The notes below the pieces were generated by a model. It saw only the letters and a list, made by a program, of their open reading frames with translations. It was not told where the DNA came from and did not search any database. A stretch of 64,000 nucleotides of DNA from Schizochytrium sp. TIO01 (Eukaryota; Protista; Bigyra: Labyrinthulomycetes), in assembly GCA_004764695.1 (NCBI GenBank), contig SMSO01000034.1:3968001-4032000 (forward strand). The letters are read 5' to 3'. This document shows positions 35,867 to 48,300 of this stretch, piece by piece. The translations under genes were made by a program, and so were the position numbers. Every line of letters begins with the position of its first letter. Position 1 is the first letter of the stretch.

Positions 35867-37618
35867 ATGTCGCACGACTTCGTTGTGAACTCGTACACAC
35901 AGCCTACACGATGTGCATACTGCCAAAACTTCTTGATGGGTTTAACGAAGCAGGGCTACCATTGTCAGCGGTGCAAGATCGACGTTCACAAGAAATGCAT
36001 TGGAGATTCTAACAATAAGTTTGCCTGCCTCAACCACTCGCAAACCTCGGCAACCGTGCCGATGACTCGTCATTCGTCAGGGGAGAACACTCAGAAACCT
36101 CCTTCAACCTTCGCAGCCTATGATCTTGGCACCAGTTACAACTTTGGCGCAGCTGCAGCTGCAGACGCTGGCGATGACGACGATTCAGCTATCTCACACA
36201 GTTTCACTGTCACAACTTTTACAAGTCCTACATTTTGCTGTGTATGCAAGGCCTTCATCTCGGGAGTTTATAAGCAAGGCGTTGCTTGTACGCTTTGCGG
36301 AGCGGCGGCTCATACCAAGTGCCAGGATGCGGCTATTTCGAGTGTCCCTTGCACTCCAGGTCGTAAACGCGAATCTGGCATGTCTCAACTCAGCAATGCT
36401 GTGAAGTCTTTGCGACGCACAGGGTCTTCAGAGCCCCAGATTTCGGGACCCACAAATTTCCAGCATGTCGGTGGTGCTACTACCGGGCGCACTTTCGTAC
36501 CCATTGAGCAAGCTCAAAAAGATGATCGCTTCAAGAAGGATCCTGTGCCAGTATCTGGCAAGAATCAACTTGCAGCACCTGGGGATTCAGGAGACCATAG
36601 TGTGCCTCCACCAGCTCCTGGTAGAGCTGCACCACCTCGACGAGCGCCTCCTACAGCTGGGGGGGCTGGGGCTCCTCAGCGGGTTCCTCCATCACGCCCG
36701 CAGCGCCCATCTACCCCAGGAGCTGCTGACTCTTCAACTCGCCCACCTGCACCAGGCCGTCCACACCAGCCTGGCGGAAGCCATGCAATTTCATCACCGC
36801 ATCATTATGACAATGTGAGTTCTCTCGCGAAGGATGTAGGCTCTCTGGACATCAGCAGTCCACGAGGCGGTGGTCAGGATGTTTTGCCAGCGGAGTGGCA
36901 ACCTGGCAAAGCGCTTTCAAATCTTAGCTTTGGATCCAGTATTGTCTCTCAGCCCCGGATTCAGCTGCGTGGTTACAAAGACCAAATACCCTCTATTTTA
37001 GTGTTCATGGGCCGTGAGTTACGTGAGAAGAGAGGCTTTATCGAGGAAGGACTTTTCCGCATCGCCCCATCGCGAACGGAGCAAACTCGTGTACGAAACC
37101 TGCTTTCCGAATCTCCTGGTGAAGAACAAATCCGCAAGGCATTACACGATTGTAAAGATCCTCATGTGCTTGCTGCGCTCATGAAGGAGTGGTGTCGAAT
37201 GCTCGACAAGAGCATCTTGAGTGAGCTAGCTCGACCAGACTTGGAACTTCTGACACAGGAGTCATTTGACGAGGCCCTACCTTCATCGCAGGCTTTGGAA
37301 AACTACCACTCATTCCTGTTTGGCAACGCGTATATTTCGTCTGCTCCACGGGCGACGCTATTGTGGTTGCTTGATCTCATGGCTGTTGTTGTAGAGCACA
37401 AGGCCGAAAATAAAATGGGCACACGTGCTGTGACAACTTGCTTTGCCCCCTCCATCTACGTACTCGAAGATCCACTCAATTCCCCGATAGACTCAATCAC
37501 TGTCATTAAGCTTATTACTACTCTCCTAAACAATGCGCTTACTTTTGTCCAGGAACATGGGAGACACTTTCCTCGGGACACATTCGGAGACCAGAATCCT
37601 CGTTTCACCAATCCGTGA
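35867..37618 (+). CDS. Rho GTPase-activating protein with tandem C1 domains, a CRIB motif and a proline-rich linker
   Basis: Two H-x12-C-x2-C-x13-C-x2-C-x4-H-x2-C C1 domains. CRIB ISGPTNFQHVG. PxxP-rich linker. RhoGAP: IPSIL, EEGLFRI (arginine finger), DPHVLAALMKEW, ENKM, CFAPSI. Confidence 0.92.
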   Translation: MSHDFVVNSYTQPTRCAYCQNFLMGLTKQGYHCQRCKIDVHKKCIGDSNNKFACLNHSQTSATVPMTRHSSGENTQKPPSTFAAYDLGTSYNFGAAAAADAGDDDDSAISHSFTVTTFTSPTFCCVCKAFISGVYKQGVACTLCGAAAHTKCQDAAISSVPCTPGRKRESGMSQLSNAVKSLRRTGSSEPQISGPTNFQHVGGATTGRTFVPIEQAQKDDRFKKDPVPVSGKNQLAAPGDSGDHSVPPPAPGRAAPPRRAPPTAGGAGAPQRVPPSRPQRPSTPGAADSSTRPPAPGRPHQPGGSHAISSPHHYDNVSSLAKDVGSLDISSPRGGGQDVLPAEWQPGKALSNLSFGSSIVSQPRIQLRGYKDQIPSILVFMGRELREKRGFIEEGLFRIAPSRTEQTRVRNLLSESPGEEQIRKALHDCKDPHVLAALMKEWCRMLDKSILSELARPDLELLTQESFDEALPSSQALENYHSFLFGNAYISSAPRATLLWLLDLMAVVVEHKAENKMGTRAVTTCFAPSIYVLEDPLNSPIDSITVIKLITTLLNNALTFVQEHGRHFPRDTFGDQNPRFTNP

Positions 37619-39361
37619 AAAGAAACAAGGAGTTTATCAATACGCCGCTCAATCAGCTAGCTAGTAATATTGACAGCATTTACCATCTGCTGAATACATG
37701 TCAAGAAGTATATTTTTCACGTACATATATACCAACAAATGAATCAAGGCAGAGAGATTCAGGGGCAATGTGAGATATCCTTTTTCTTCCAGCCTTTAAG
37801 TTGTGGAATTCGCTCTCTCAAGATAAATAAATAGCAAGAGACTTACCGATCACCCAAAGGTTTTGATCCATATCCTCCAGTATGTTTCTTTTTTTAATCC
37901 AACTACCTACTGGAGTTATGCAATACCATCGCTTTGGCCGCAGCACAATATAGCAAATGAATCGTGCGAGTACCTCCTCAGCACCAGTAAATAACATATT
38001 AGCCAGTATATTCTTAACTTTATTGTCTGATGCCGACAGTTTTTGTGCGCGATGTTGTGCTTCAACTTTGCCTGTTTGACATTCTGCACCAGGCATCAGG
38101 TCAATCCTCCTGCAGGAATGCATGGATATGTACTTTGGCGAGTTTCCTCAGCATAAATGTACTCTCATCGGTCAGAGGCTTTTCCTATAAAGTTTCATTA
38201 TGCTTGGGAAAAAATCATGTATGGTGTGGCATGACTCTTCAGCTCCCCTTCTCGGTACCCTGCTTTTAACTAGACATGTAACACCATGCGTTGCCCTGCA
38301 ATATCAAGCCATAACATCCGCCCAATTTTCGGAAGAAGAAGAAGAAGGATACCCCAGTAGCATGGAAGTACCTGAGGATACAATAGTCCTTTCCAAAGCA
38401 ATAGCAAAAGAAAACGTTGTATGTCGCTTCTGGTAAGTGCATGCAAGACATGACTATATTCACGAGGTCTTGAATAAGGTATTCATAATGAAGTTGGACG
38501 ATAACGCGCATGTACGATGAACAAGCCATATTAGGATGCACACGACACTCAATTAAAAAAAGTTTTTAAATAAGTTGGGATATCGCTGCCACGTCAAGCA
38601 GAGCCAGAAACAGTGTACGGTACAAGGCCTCGTAATTTCCCTGGCAAAAACGTTGGCATCGTCCAGTCAACTTTGCTGATTATTCTAATTGAAGTCAGAA
38701 ATCAACTAATATCTCAGCTTGCAAGTTTGTTGATGGGTCCACTTGGAAAAATTAAAAATGAGAATTAGTTCTTGTTTTATTTTTTAGTTGTAGTGGTAGT
38801 ACGGGTAGAAGGTCCTATATAGTTGGTATTTTTTTTTGAGAAGGGACTTCAAAAGATCGAAAAGGGGTAAAGAATGGAAGCTATTCTTTGGAAAGAATCA
38901 TTTTTTTTAATTTATAGTATTGCTTATATTTTATTTTCTGCTAAGTGAAAAGGTTGTCTGTTTTGTTGTCATCGCACAACACAATCAAATCGCAAAGCAA
39001 ACTCGCCCCAGGCTGAGCTTGGACCTGCAGTACCTCCCCTTTGGGCCGTCGTGGCTGCGGCGGCGGAGCTGACCAACGGAATCGGGTTACGGCTCGCTCT
39101 CTCTTTGCAGCTTTTTCGCTGGGCAGCGAGAAAGCAGAAGACGAGCGAGTCAAGCATTTTGCCGAGTTCGTAAGGCCAAACAGATATATTCTCATATATG
39201 TAAATCGACATACATATCTGCTCATTTATTCGACCTAAGCCTCGTAGACAGCAAGGTTCTGCAGAAGCGGTCTTTGTGAATTTTTGCTACATTTATTATA
39301 GATCATCTCACAAGCTGCTGCTTTTATAACTAGTAGTGCATTGGGCGCATAGTAGAGCGTC

Positions 39362-42300
39362 ATGGCGAAGCGCATTCTTTTGGGCGTGCTGCAGGACTAT
39401 TTTGGGCGCTATATTGATGGAATTAACGAGGAGAACCTTCGTCTCGCAGTGTGGGCTGGTGAAATCGATCTCGAGGGACTCGAGCTGAAAAAGGAGGTTC
39501 TCGACACGTTGCGTCTCCCGCTTCATATCCACTGTGGCCATATTCAAAAGTTCAAGGTCTCAGTGCCTTGGTCCAAATTGGGATCTCAGCCTGTGCAAGT
39601 CCATATTGATGGTGTATATTTGCTCGCAAGACTTGCGCCAGAAGATGAAGACGATGGCGAGGAAAGCGAGGATATAGTTGGAAATCTGGGCCCAAACAAT
39701 GCGGCTGGCAACGCCGGTGGTGATGATGATGAATTGGAAGATTTTGAGGATCAGGATTTAGATGAAGGCGAAGACTACTTTGAGGCAAATAGTGAACCTG
39801 AAAGTAGCGGTATAGACCCCTCTATAACGTCAACAAAATTGACCACGTCAGGATCAACAAACCTTTCTTCGCCATCAAGTAAAAAGCATGCTCGTCGGAA
39901 GAAGAAACTTCCACGAAGAATTGTGGAGAAGAGAATCCGTTTGCGGTGGGCTAATCTTTTGGCTGCAGGCGAAGGGTCAAAACAAGGTGAACACCGTGGT
40001 GCTGAAAACCCGGCCGATCAATCATTTTGGAGTCGCTTGGGCGCCAAAATCATGGACAACATCCAAATTACAGTCACGAATGTTCATGTGCGCTTGGAAG
40101 ACATGATGAGTATCCCCGGACATCCTTATGCAGTTGGTCTCACATTCGAAAAATTCGCTACAATCACTTGTGACGAAGAAGGCAAGCCGGTGTTTGTTGA
40201 GCGAAAAAATAAAAATAATGGGATGTCAAACGATAGTACCTTTTACAAATCAGTTCAGATGCAGTCTCTTGCCATGTATTGGGACAATGACAAGCCGATG
40301 ATCTACAATAAAACTCGTTCTGAGCTCGATTTTGCTTACCTGTTAGCCAAGGGAATTTGGCGAAAGGAAATGCGAGCTACTTACCATGAAAAGGACCCTC
40401 ACGTCGATCCTGTTCTTGAATATCGGAATCTTCACCATTTCCTCTTGCGTCCATGCTCTCCGTCTATGGTTGTCGCGAAAAACGAATCGTCTGATTTTAC
40501 GCAACCGCGATACAAGATGGATATTGATTTTGATGATATAAGCATTGTAGTATCCCGGCGTCAGTACTCCATGGCTTTAACGCTGCAGCGCTCTCTCGCG
40601 CAAAATTCTATCCTCTCGGTTTACCGAGAGCATCGCCCCCTTGACAGTCCCGTAGAGGATCCTGCCGCGTGGTGGAAATACGCATATAAATGTGTCAAGA
40701 TTCGCAGTGCTGCACTTCGACTGAATAGGCAGTCCACGGGTGTCAGTGATGACCATGACAAAGAACGTGATCAAGCTAAATTATTGCGCTTGGCCCAAGC
40801 AGATAACGGCCGCACTAATTGGTTGGAAATTGTGCATCAGGCGAAACAGCGAGAGTTGTATATTCGACTTTACAAGAAACTGGTATATGCTGAAATCTCT
40901 TTGTCAGGAAAGGGGAAAAACACAGATCCTACTCCAGAGCTAGACGATATTCGGTCGCATCTGCAAGAGCTGGAGGATGACCTGGAGGTACAAAACACCT
41001 TGGCGTACCGGGCGACTGCATTAGCAGAGGTTTCTGCAGAGCAAAAAAAGGGAAATGCAGCTGCTCAACAAAGTGGTGCCTCCCGGTCGAAAGGCTGGTT
41101 GTCGGGGTGGTTCGCTGAACAAAACGCCCGCCAGGACGAAGACATTGTTGCTCTTCAGGCCTCAACGGAGCTTACTCCAGAGGAACGTGCAGAACTAATT
41201 GATGCTGTTAACTTTTTCGAAACCATTCAAGACCATCACATTCCAGATGGAACCGTTCATGTCCTAGCCAAGTCAACCTTGCGATATGGCTCAGTAGCTC
41301 TTGCTGACCTTGACTACAACAAAATATTATTTTCCTCGGAGATTTCAGGCCGCCACACGCTTGAATCCCGGTTTGGGAACTCCTGGAAACACTCTTTCGT
41401 GCTGAAAACACTTACTTTATGGGACCACGAAGCAGCTTCATCTGGTTCTGAAGCTCAGGCGCAGGTACTTGCCCCGAAATATGATGATAGCGATGGCAAA
41501 ACCAAGGGCAATGCGTGTGTACTTCATGCTGAATATCAACCAGCGACTTATGATTTAGACACGAATGAGCCTCTCTCAAAAGAGCTCTATACCGTGCGAG
41601 TCGCTGCGGTACCATTTCGTGTTGTCTTGCTACCTCGTTGGACAAACCAGTTCAGTCATTTCTTCAATGCCCGTGGAGGGTACTATACGATGCTAGAAAG
41701 TGCCGAGCCACTTCGTCGTAACGTAGACCTAGATAATGATTCATCGATTCCTACACGAGGACGCAGGCACTCAAGTACTTATGCTGTGCCTCCAGGAGGC
41801 GGTGCCGCTCATAGTCGAGGCCATAATTCCCTTGCTCAAGATGATGACGGGGCGCCAACGTTTGACCAAGCATTTAATGCAGAGGTGAATTGGGTCGCAG
41901 AATATGTTGAGCGTGCAAACGAAGCTACTCGCAAGCTTGAGGAGGAGGCTATGCAATCTGTTACTGGGGCGCGCCTTCGCCCTGATTTTGACGTCGAAAT
42001 GAACGTGGCTGCGCCAATTCTCCTTCTTCCTGTTTTTGGTCTTCGTTATGGGTCTCATCGCGAGTCTACCCAATCTCTGATCATGCTTGATCTAGGTCAT
42101 GTTCGGGTCTCAAAACATGATACTCCGGACTCAGCAGTAGAACGCAATCTTCTTCGAAAACGAGGCTCTACGGATTCTTTTGGTGGTGGGTACTCAAGGG
42201 AAAGTGTTGGAACTGAAGACTCAACTCGAGACGATGACTTTCTGGATGCTATGGAACAACAGCTTGAACAAGAGGATGATCTTGATGAAGCCCTTGGTAT

Positions 42301-45300
42301 GCTTGGCCACGATGTGAAAGAAGAAAAAAGACAACTTAGAGAGTCCTTGGAAGATGACGATGATAGCAACAGCCAAATTGAAGGCTTAGTTGCTACCCCA
42401 CCACCTCGAACAGGATCTGTAAATACAGTTAATACTGATTTTTCTCAAGAGCTTGGGAAAGGAGCATGGAACATTAGTATTCAAAGAATTCGCTCAAGTA
42501 TTCTGGTTCTTCCCAACGGCATGGATTGGACAACAGCACTAACTGAAGCAGGATCGGGATCGATTCTCAGCTCTGCATCACAAGACGAAGTCTTTCAGCT
42601 TATCGAAGAGTTTGACATCAATATTGCAATGTTCCATATGCTGTCTTTAAAACGGAGTCCGCGTGTAGAGGTTCAGCTAGGTGTTGTGACTACGTATATT
42701 ACCCCCACTGGACTCCTTTCTCTTTGGAAACTACGCAATCAATGGACAACAGAGGCATGGTGGTGGCTTCAGAATAGCGAAGGCATACCCTCTGAGACAG
42801 AATCTACAGCTACACCCAGTGCTCCTGAAGGTCTACCCAAGGATGGCAGAAGATTGTCTTCTGGCCTAGGGGGTGGATATTTCATACCCAAGACAGATCA
42901 TAGATCTAGTCTTGGCAGTAGTTCTAGCGGGAATAAAAAGGCACTTTATGGTTCACCGCACCACCGCCAGGACTCAGATCTTAAGAATGAGACTAGTCGA
43001 CTAAATGCTCCCGGAGGTCAGCTTGCTGGTTCCTCGTTTGGAATATTTTATTCCTTCTCCTCAAGCAAAATAATTGTCAATTTATGTGCTGATGCTCACC
43101 CAGGGCGTTCACAGCTTAGGTTTCTTGCATGTGAACTCCGAGGTCTTGAAATTCAATATGTGCAACGATCTCGTGGTTCATATGCTCACGTGGAACTTCG
43201 TAGTATCGATGCAGTCGATGTTTTTGCCAAGCCAAATGCGAAAGAGGGAGAGGAAGTTTACTTTGTCCAATCTGAAGGCGAGGGCGCCAGTGGGACAAAG
43301 TCTTTGATTTCTATCGATACCCGATGGCGCAATGGTGACTCTCCAGATGCTAGTCCTCGTCTTATTTATACCGTGGCCAAATTTCATAAGCTTCGCATCC
43401 AGTGGAACCCTAACACAGTGGCTGCCCTGCGCTTTCTTGTAGTGAAGCGCTTCAAAAACGGACTGATGGGCCAAGCCAAACTTGATCATCGAAAAAACAT
43501 AGCTGCCACTGCCGCCGCTGCAGCAGCACAAAAATCGCTACAAGATGCAAAAGAGTCTCGCTCAGATCAGCAAAAGGATGTCACAGGAACTAATGAGGCT
43601 ACCTCCAGCGATCCTACACGTTTCGTTGTGGTCATATACCTATCATCTTTGACAATTGCACTGCGTAAGCGGGGTGAAGTATTAGCGGAAGCCTCAATGA
43701 CGCGAGCTTCCGTGAAAATGAGTCGCAGCTCTGAGGTTGTACGTGCGCAAGGTGAACTCGGCAATGTTCTTGTTCAAGGGCGTGGGCACGAGTTATTTAG
43801 TGTTGCATCTAAAAACGAGGCTTTAGTCAAATTTTCTTTAATGTCTAAACCACGTCTGGACGAAAGTGAAATGTCAATTCAGATCAACTCCTCACGCTAT
43901 GTTCACCAACACAGGATATTTCTGGAGATTGTAGACTATACAAATGAAGGAGTCTTCGAGACTATATTTGGTGAGTCGAGGTCAATCGTAGACAATGCCG
44001 GAGATGTACTTCGTAGTGCTATTCGAAACAACCAACCGGCCTCCAAACAAAAATCTTCTAAACACACATTTGAAGTGGACATGAAAACTTTCGAAATTAT
44101 GTTTCCTGTGACACCTGCACCTCAAGAAGCGCGGTTCCTCGCGATGAGTTGCGCAAATCTCCAAGCTTTCACAAAGAAGGCGGAGAGTTTTCATGGCAAA
44201 GCTACACAGGTTCGCATGACTGGATTTCGAGTATACACTCATGAGGCACCCCTGCTTGACAATCCTGTTGACTTTGCACTTGATGTAGTCCTCTCAAAAG
44301 AAGAAGGGATGCAAGTAAACGGTAAGATCTCTGACATGACAATGAATCTAGCTGTCAATCAATACTGGCTAATTCAGAACATGCTTTCCAACAATATCAT
44401 GCAAGATCCGAATATTCCACCTGCAATGAATGAGGATCAGCAATTTGGGGCGAGCGTGACAGCTTCATCATCAGAAGATGAAGAGTCATATCCTATGCTC
44501 GACCTTCCAAGCCCCGTAGAAACTGAGCAACCAGAACTTGTTGCTTATCCATATGATGATCCGGACAACAAAGGATTGGTCTTTCACATCAACATTGTGT
44601 TTGGCCGCGTTTCACTCTTATTGACACAAGAGCTACCTAGTAATGGAGGCTCTCCAGAATCAATAGCGGAGTTTTCCATGGAGAATTTTAGCGGACTTGT
44701 TTTTAGGAATGAGCCAACTGGCTATACCACAATTGAAGTTCGGGTGGCCTCCATGGACTGTATCGACCAAAGGCCTATAAGTCAGGCGAATTGGTTCAGA
44801 CATTTAATTATGTCAAATCCGCGTGGGAGTTTGGAGCCCATGGACCAGCGCCCTCATCCGACTGCTTTGGGAAGCACTCCGGTGAACCCTGATCTCGCAT
44901 TCTTTTTTCGTTATATTCACTCTGAGCGAAAGGTTCGATTAGACTTGGTAAACTTTAGGTCGGTATTTATGAAAGACCTCCTTGGAGATGTTGTTCGATT
45001 CTGGACTAGTACGGACCCCAACAAAGATAATGATGAGCTGATAAACATGTACAAGAAGCCCAATGTTCCTGTTGCCTCACCACGGGACACAGAATATGAG
45101 AGAAGCACATGCCATGAAGACGATCTTGTTGTGGACTGGCAAGGAGAATTCAACCTCGTCGACCCCTGCTTGTGTTTTGTTCCAGATTTTACAGATCCGT
45201 CATCACGCATGATCGTTGTTCGAAGCAATATCAGCTTTGGCTGGAAGGCATCTGGAGACTCTGATCGCTGCCAATTCTCGCATTGGCATGGTTGCCTCAA

Positions 45301-48300
45301 CAACGTTGAGGCGTATGTGGCGACGGCCAGCAACCCTGACGATCATGTTCGAGACGAGGGTAGCTTGAGTAGTAGCAGCAGCAGCAGCAGCAGCAGCAGC
45401 AGTGAGAGTATTACATCGTCCGTACAAGGATCCTCTGGAGACCTACGGCGTTACTCGTTTGGACACGAGGGAATTTTGCAACAGCTTTTAGAGCCAACAG
45501 ACTTGAATTGGAGTTACGAATATGAAGAGGTGGCTCCGCGTTCTAAAGTTCACTCAAGAAGAGTGCACCTCATGTGCGGGCAGCTCGAGATATATATGTC
45601 GATGAACGATCTGGCCCTTATTGGCGCTATTGCCAGCAACTTACGTCACTATGGCGAACATGCATCAGAAGAAACTGACCTTGTGGAGCGCACAAAGGAA
45701 GCTTCAAAGGCACGCCTAGTACGTCTTGTGGAGGGACTTCGAGCACAAGATTCATCAAAGACCTTGTGCTCTGAAGATGATATCGATGATGCCCCAAGCT
45801 CGAGCAGAAGCTTTACGGAAATTTCTTACAAGATTGATGAGGACTATATTGAGTTCGTGGTTCCTAAAGAAACAATCGATATTGGAGTCTTGCTCTTTCA
45901 AGATCGGGGCTTTCTTCGGGTCGAAAACATGTACAATTCAGGAATCGATGGGGGGCCATCAATCTGTCACGAGTTTGGTGTTGAAGTCGGTGATTACCTT
46001 TTAGAGATGAACTCAACTTTCGTTTGCAATGAAAGTCCTGAGATTATGCAAGAGCGCCTGATTTCTGCCAAACCACCTTTCACATTAAAGTTCTTACGCG
46101 GAACAAGCCAGAAACCTGCTATTTTGCAGGACTCTCTCAACGTGGGAACACAAAAGGTTATCTTCAACTTGATAGATGACCTCGATAGTGGCGACATGCC
46201 TCTCAGCAATCTGGTACTTACGAAGATTGACATGTTTCTAAACGGCTCAAGCGATGGCAACTACCTGTGTGGTTCTCAAATGGAAATGACTGGCGCGCAC
46301 TTTTTCGATTTGCGAGCTGGCTCATGGGGTGTTCTCCTCGATCCAGGTTTCATTAATATTACATGTACATATTACAGCTCAGGCGAACTTGAGGTATCCA
46401 TCGATATTCCGGAACCTATCAGCTGTAACTTGTCCGACACTTTCTTGCGCGTAATAAGCAATTCGATCGCCCGCGCTGGTGAGGCCGCCAAGGCGGAAGG
46501 GCGAAGTTTGCGGCCCACTGTTTCTCCTGGTGCGTTGAATAGAAAACTTAAAAAGGTTTATGCAAAATCACCTCAAGGGCGGGCTGTTGACCAGGACTTA
46601 AACAAAGCATTTCTTTTGCGCAACGAGAGTGGCCTTCCCTTACGATTCTGGAACCTTGGAGATGATCCAGGAACTACTGCAGTATACGTTAGCTCCGATA
46701 CCGATGAGGTCACACTTGGATTCCCTCATCACTCTGGAACAGGACATGGCACGATTCGTGGCTTTTGTCAGTATAAGTCACTGTGTATCGCATTCCTTTA
46801 TCCAAAAGACCTGGCTCGTGATGGATCAATTGCTGCAGCTAGTACAGGTAGCTCTGAGTTGGAGCAAGTTTGGGAGACTCTTGAAGGAGTCGTGATTAAT
46901 AAAATTGGGGATGGTGTTGCAAGACTCGTAGCACGTAAATCTCGTCGGTCTTTTTCACCTAATGGCCTACGCATAAAATGGTCAGTCCAGATTGATGATG
47001 AGACACGCAAACTTAAGCTGGTTGTGAGTTCACTTCTCCAAGTTTGTAATCACCTTGACTATAGTGTCCGCGTTCTTGCAAATTGCCCAACATGGAGTGC
47101 AGCTCGAACTTTGCCTTGGAAACTAGAACCTGGAGAAAGTCGAATGCTTCCTGCACTATTCGGAGACGCTACAGAAATTCGTGTTCAACCAATGCTTCCG
47201 GAGCACCTGGAGGAGAATGCTAGTCATGCATACGAGTGGAGTGGGCCTATTCATGCGACACTCGCTTCCCAGGGAAACACTGCCTACACCGAACTGGAAT
47301 GTTCATTGTCCAATGGCAAAACAAGATATCTCTGTGCTAGCGTGGAACCCGATGAGGACGGAGTGACTACCGTGTTTGCTCTGTACCCCCAAGTTCGTTT
47401 TCGCAACCTCTTACCCCAAGACATTATGTTTCAAGAGTACATTCCTGAGGTTGATCCTGAAATGCCTATCGGTGCTGGATTTATCAATTCTGGAGAGGAA
47501 GTACAACTTCACTCTCTTACGTCTTCAAGTTTCACATCTGGTATTCTCAGTAAGATTGCGCTGAAGCTTGAAGCCTCTGATTGGACTACTGAGTTTCCTC
47601 TGCGAGCAAACCGCACGCGTAGGCGCGGGGCATCTATGTATCGTCGCCATGGCGCAAAACGTTTCAGGAAGATTTCGTTTTTAACTGCCCGTCAACAGCC
47701 GCGACAGGGCACTGCAAAACAGGCAAGGCCTATCACCATGCAGGTTCGGGGAGCTCCACCTTTGCCTCCTCGCCCTCCAGAGTTATTGATGGCCAGCGCA
47801 GCTACCTCTCAATCGCAACTTTCTACCGCTGGAGGAATAGCGGCACCGCCTCCGCTTGTGTCGTCAATCAAGGTCAAAAGTTCTGGGTTACAACGAACCT
47901 CTAGCTCAGGTACTCAGGAGGACAACATCAGCACTGTGGGTTCAATCTCTTCGAATAGAACTCTTACTGAGGGAGATGACTGGGAAGAAGACTTTGAGGA
48001 CGAGGTAAATTTAGAAGAAGACATTGATGAGTTCGGTATCGACGAAGAAGATGATTTCGCAGATGACGAAGCACATGACCAGGCAAGTGGCAAGGGTCGT
48101 CATCTCCAGCGTACGTCTAGTAGTGGTACTGTAGAGGGAGATATAACGCCTATGCACCAGAATACAGTCGTTTTCCAGGGACTGGCTGGGAATGGTGAGT
48201 GCCGTGTTAAACTCGTTTGTGAAGAAGCTGAGGCAGGTGGCCTTTTAGCTGTTTTGTATGCTGATTATTGGATCGTGAACCATACAGGTCTCGAACTGCA

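Noticed and set aside
38200-38436. Short ORF with an acidic run followed by a GTAAGT donor-like site
   Set aside because: No domain similarity and no convincing downstream exon.
45367-45403. (AGC)n repeat
   Set aside because: An in-frame poly-Ser tract inside VPS13, not a separate element.
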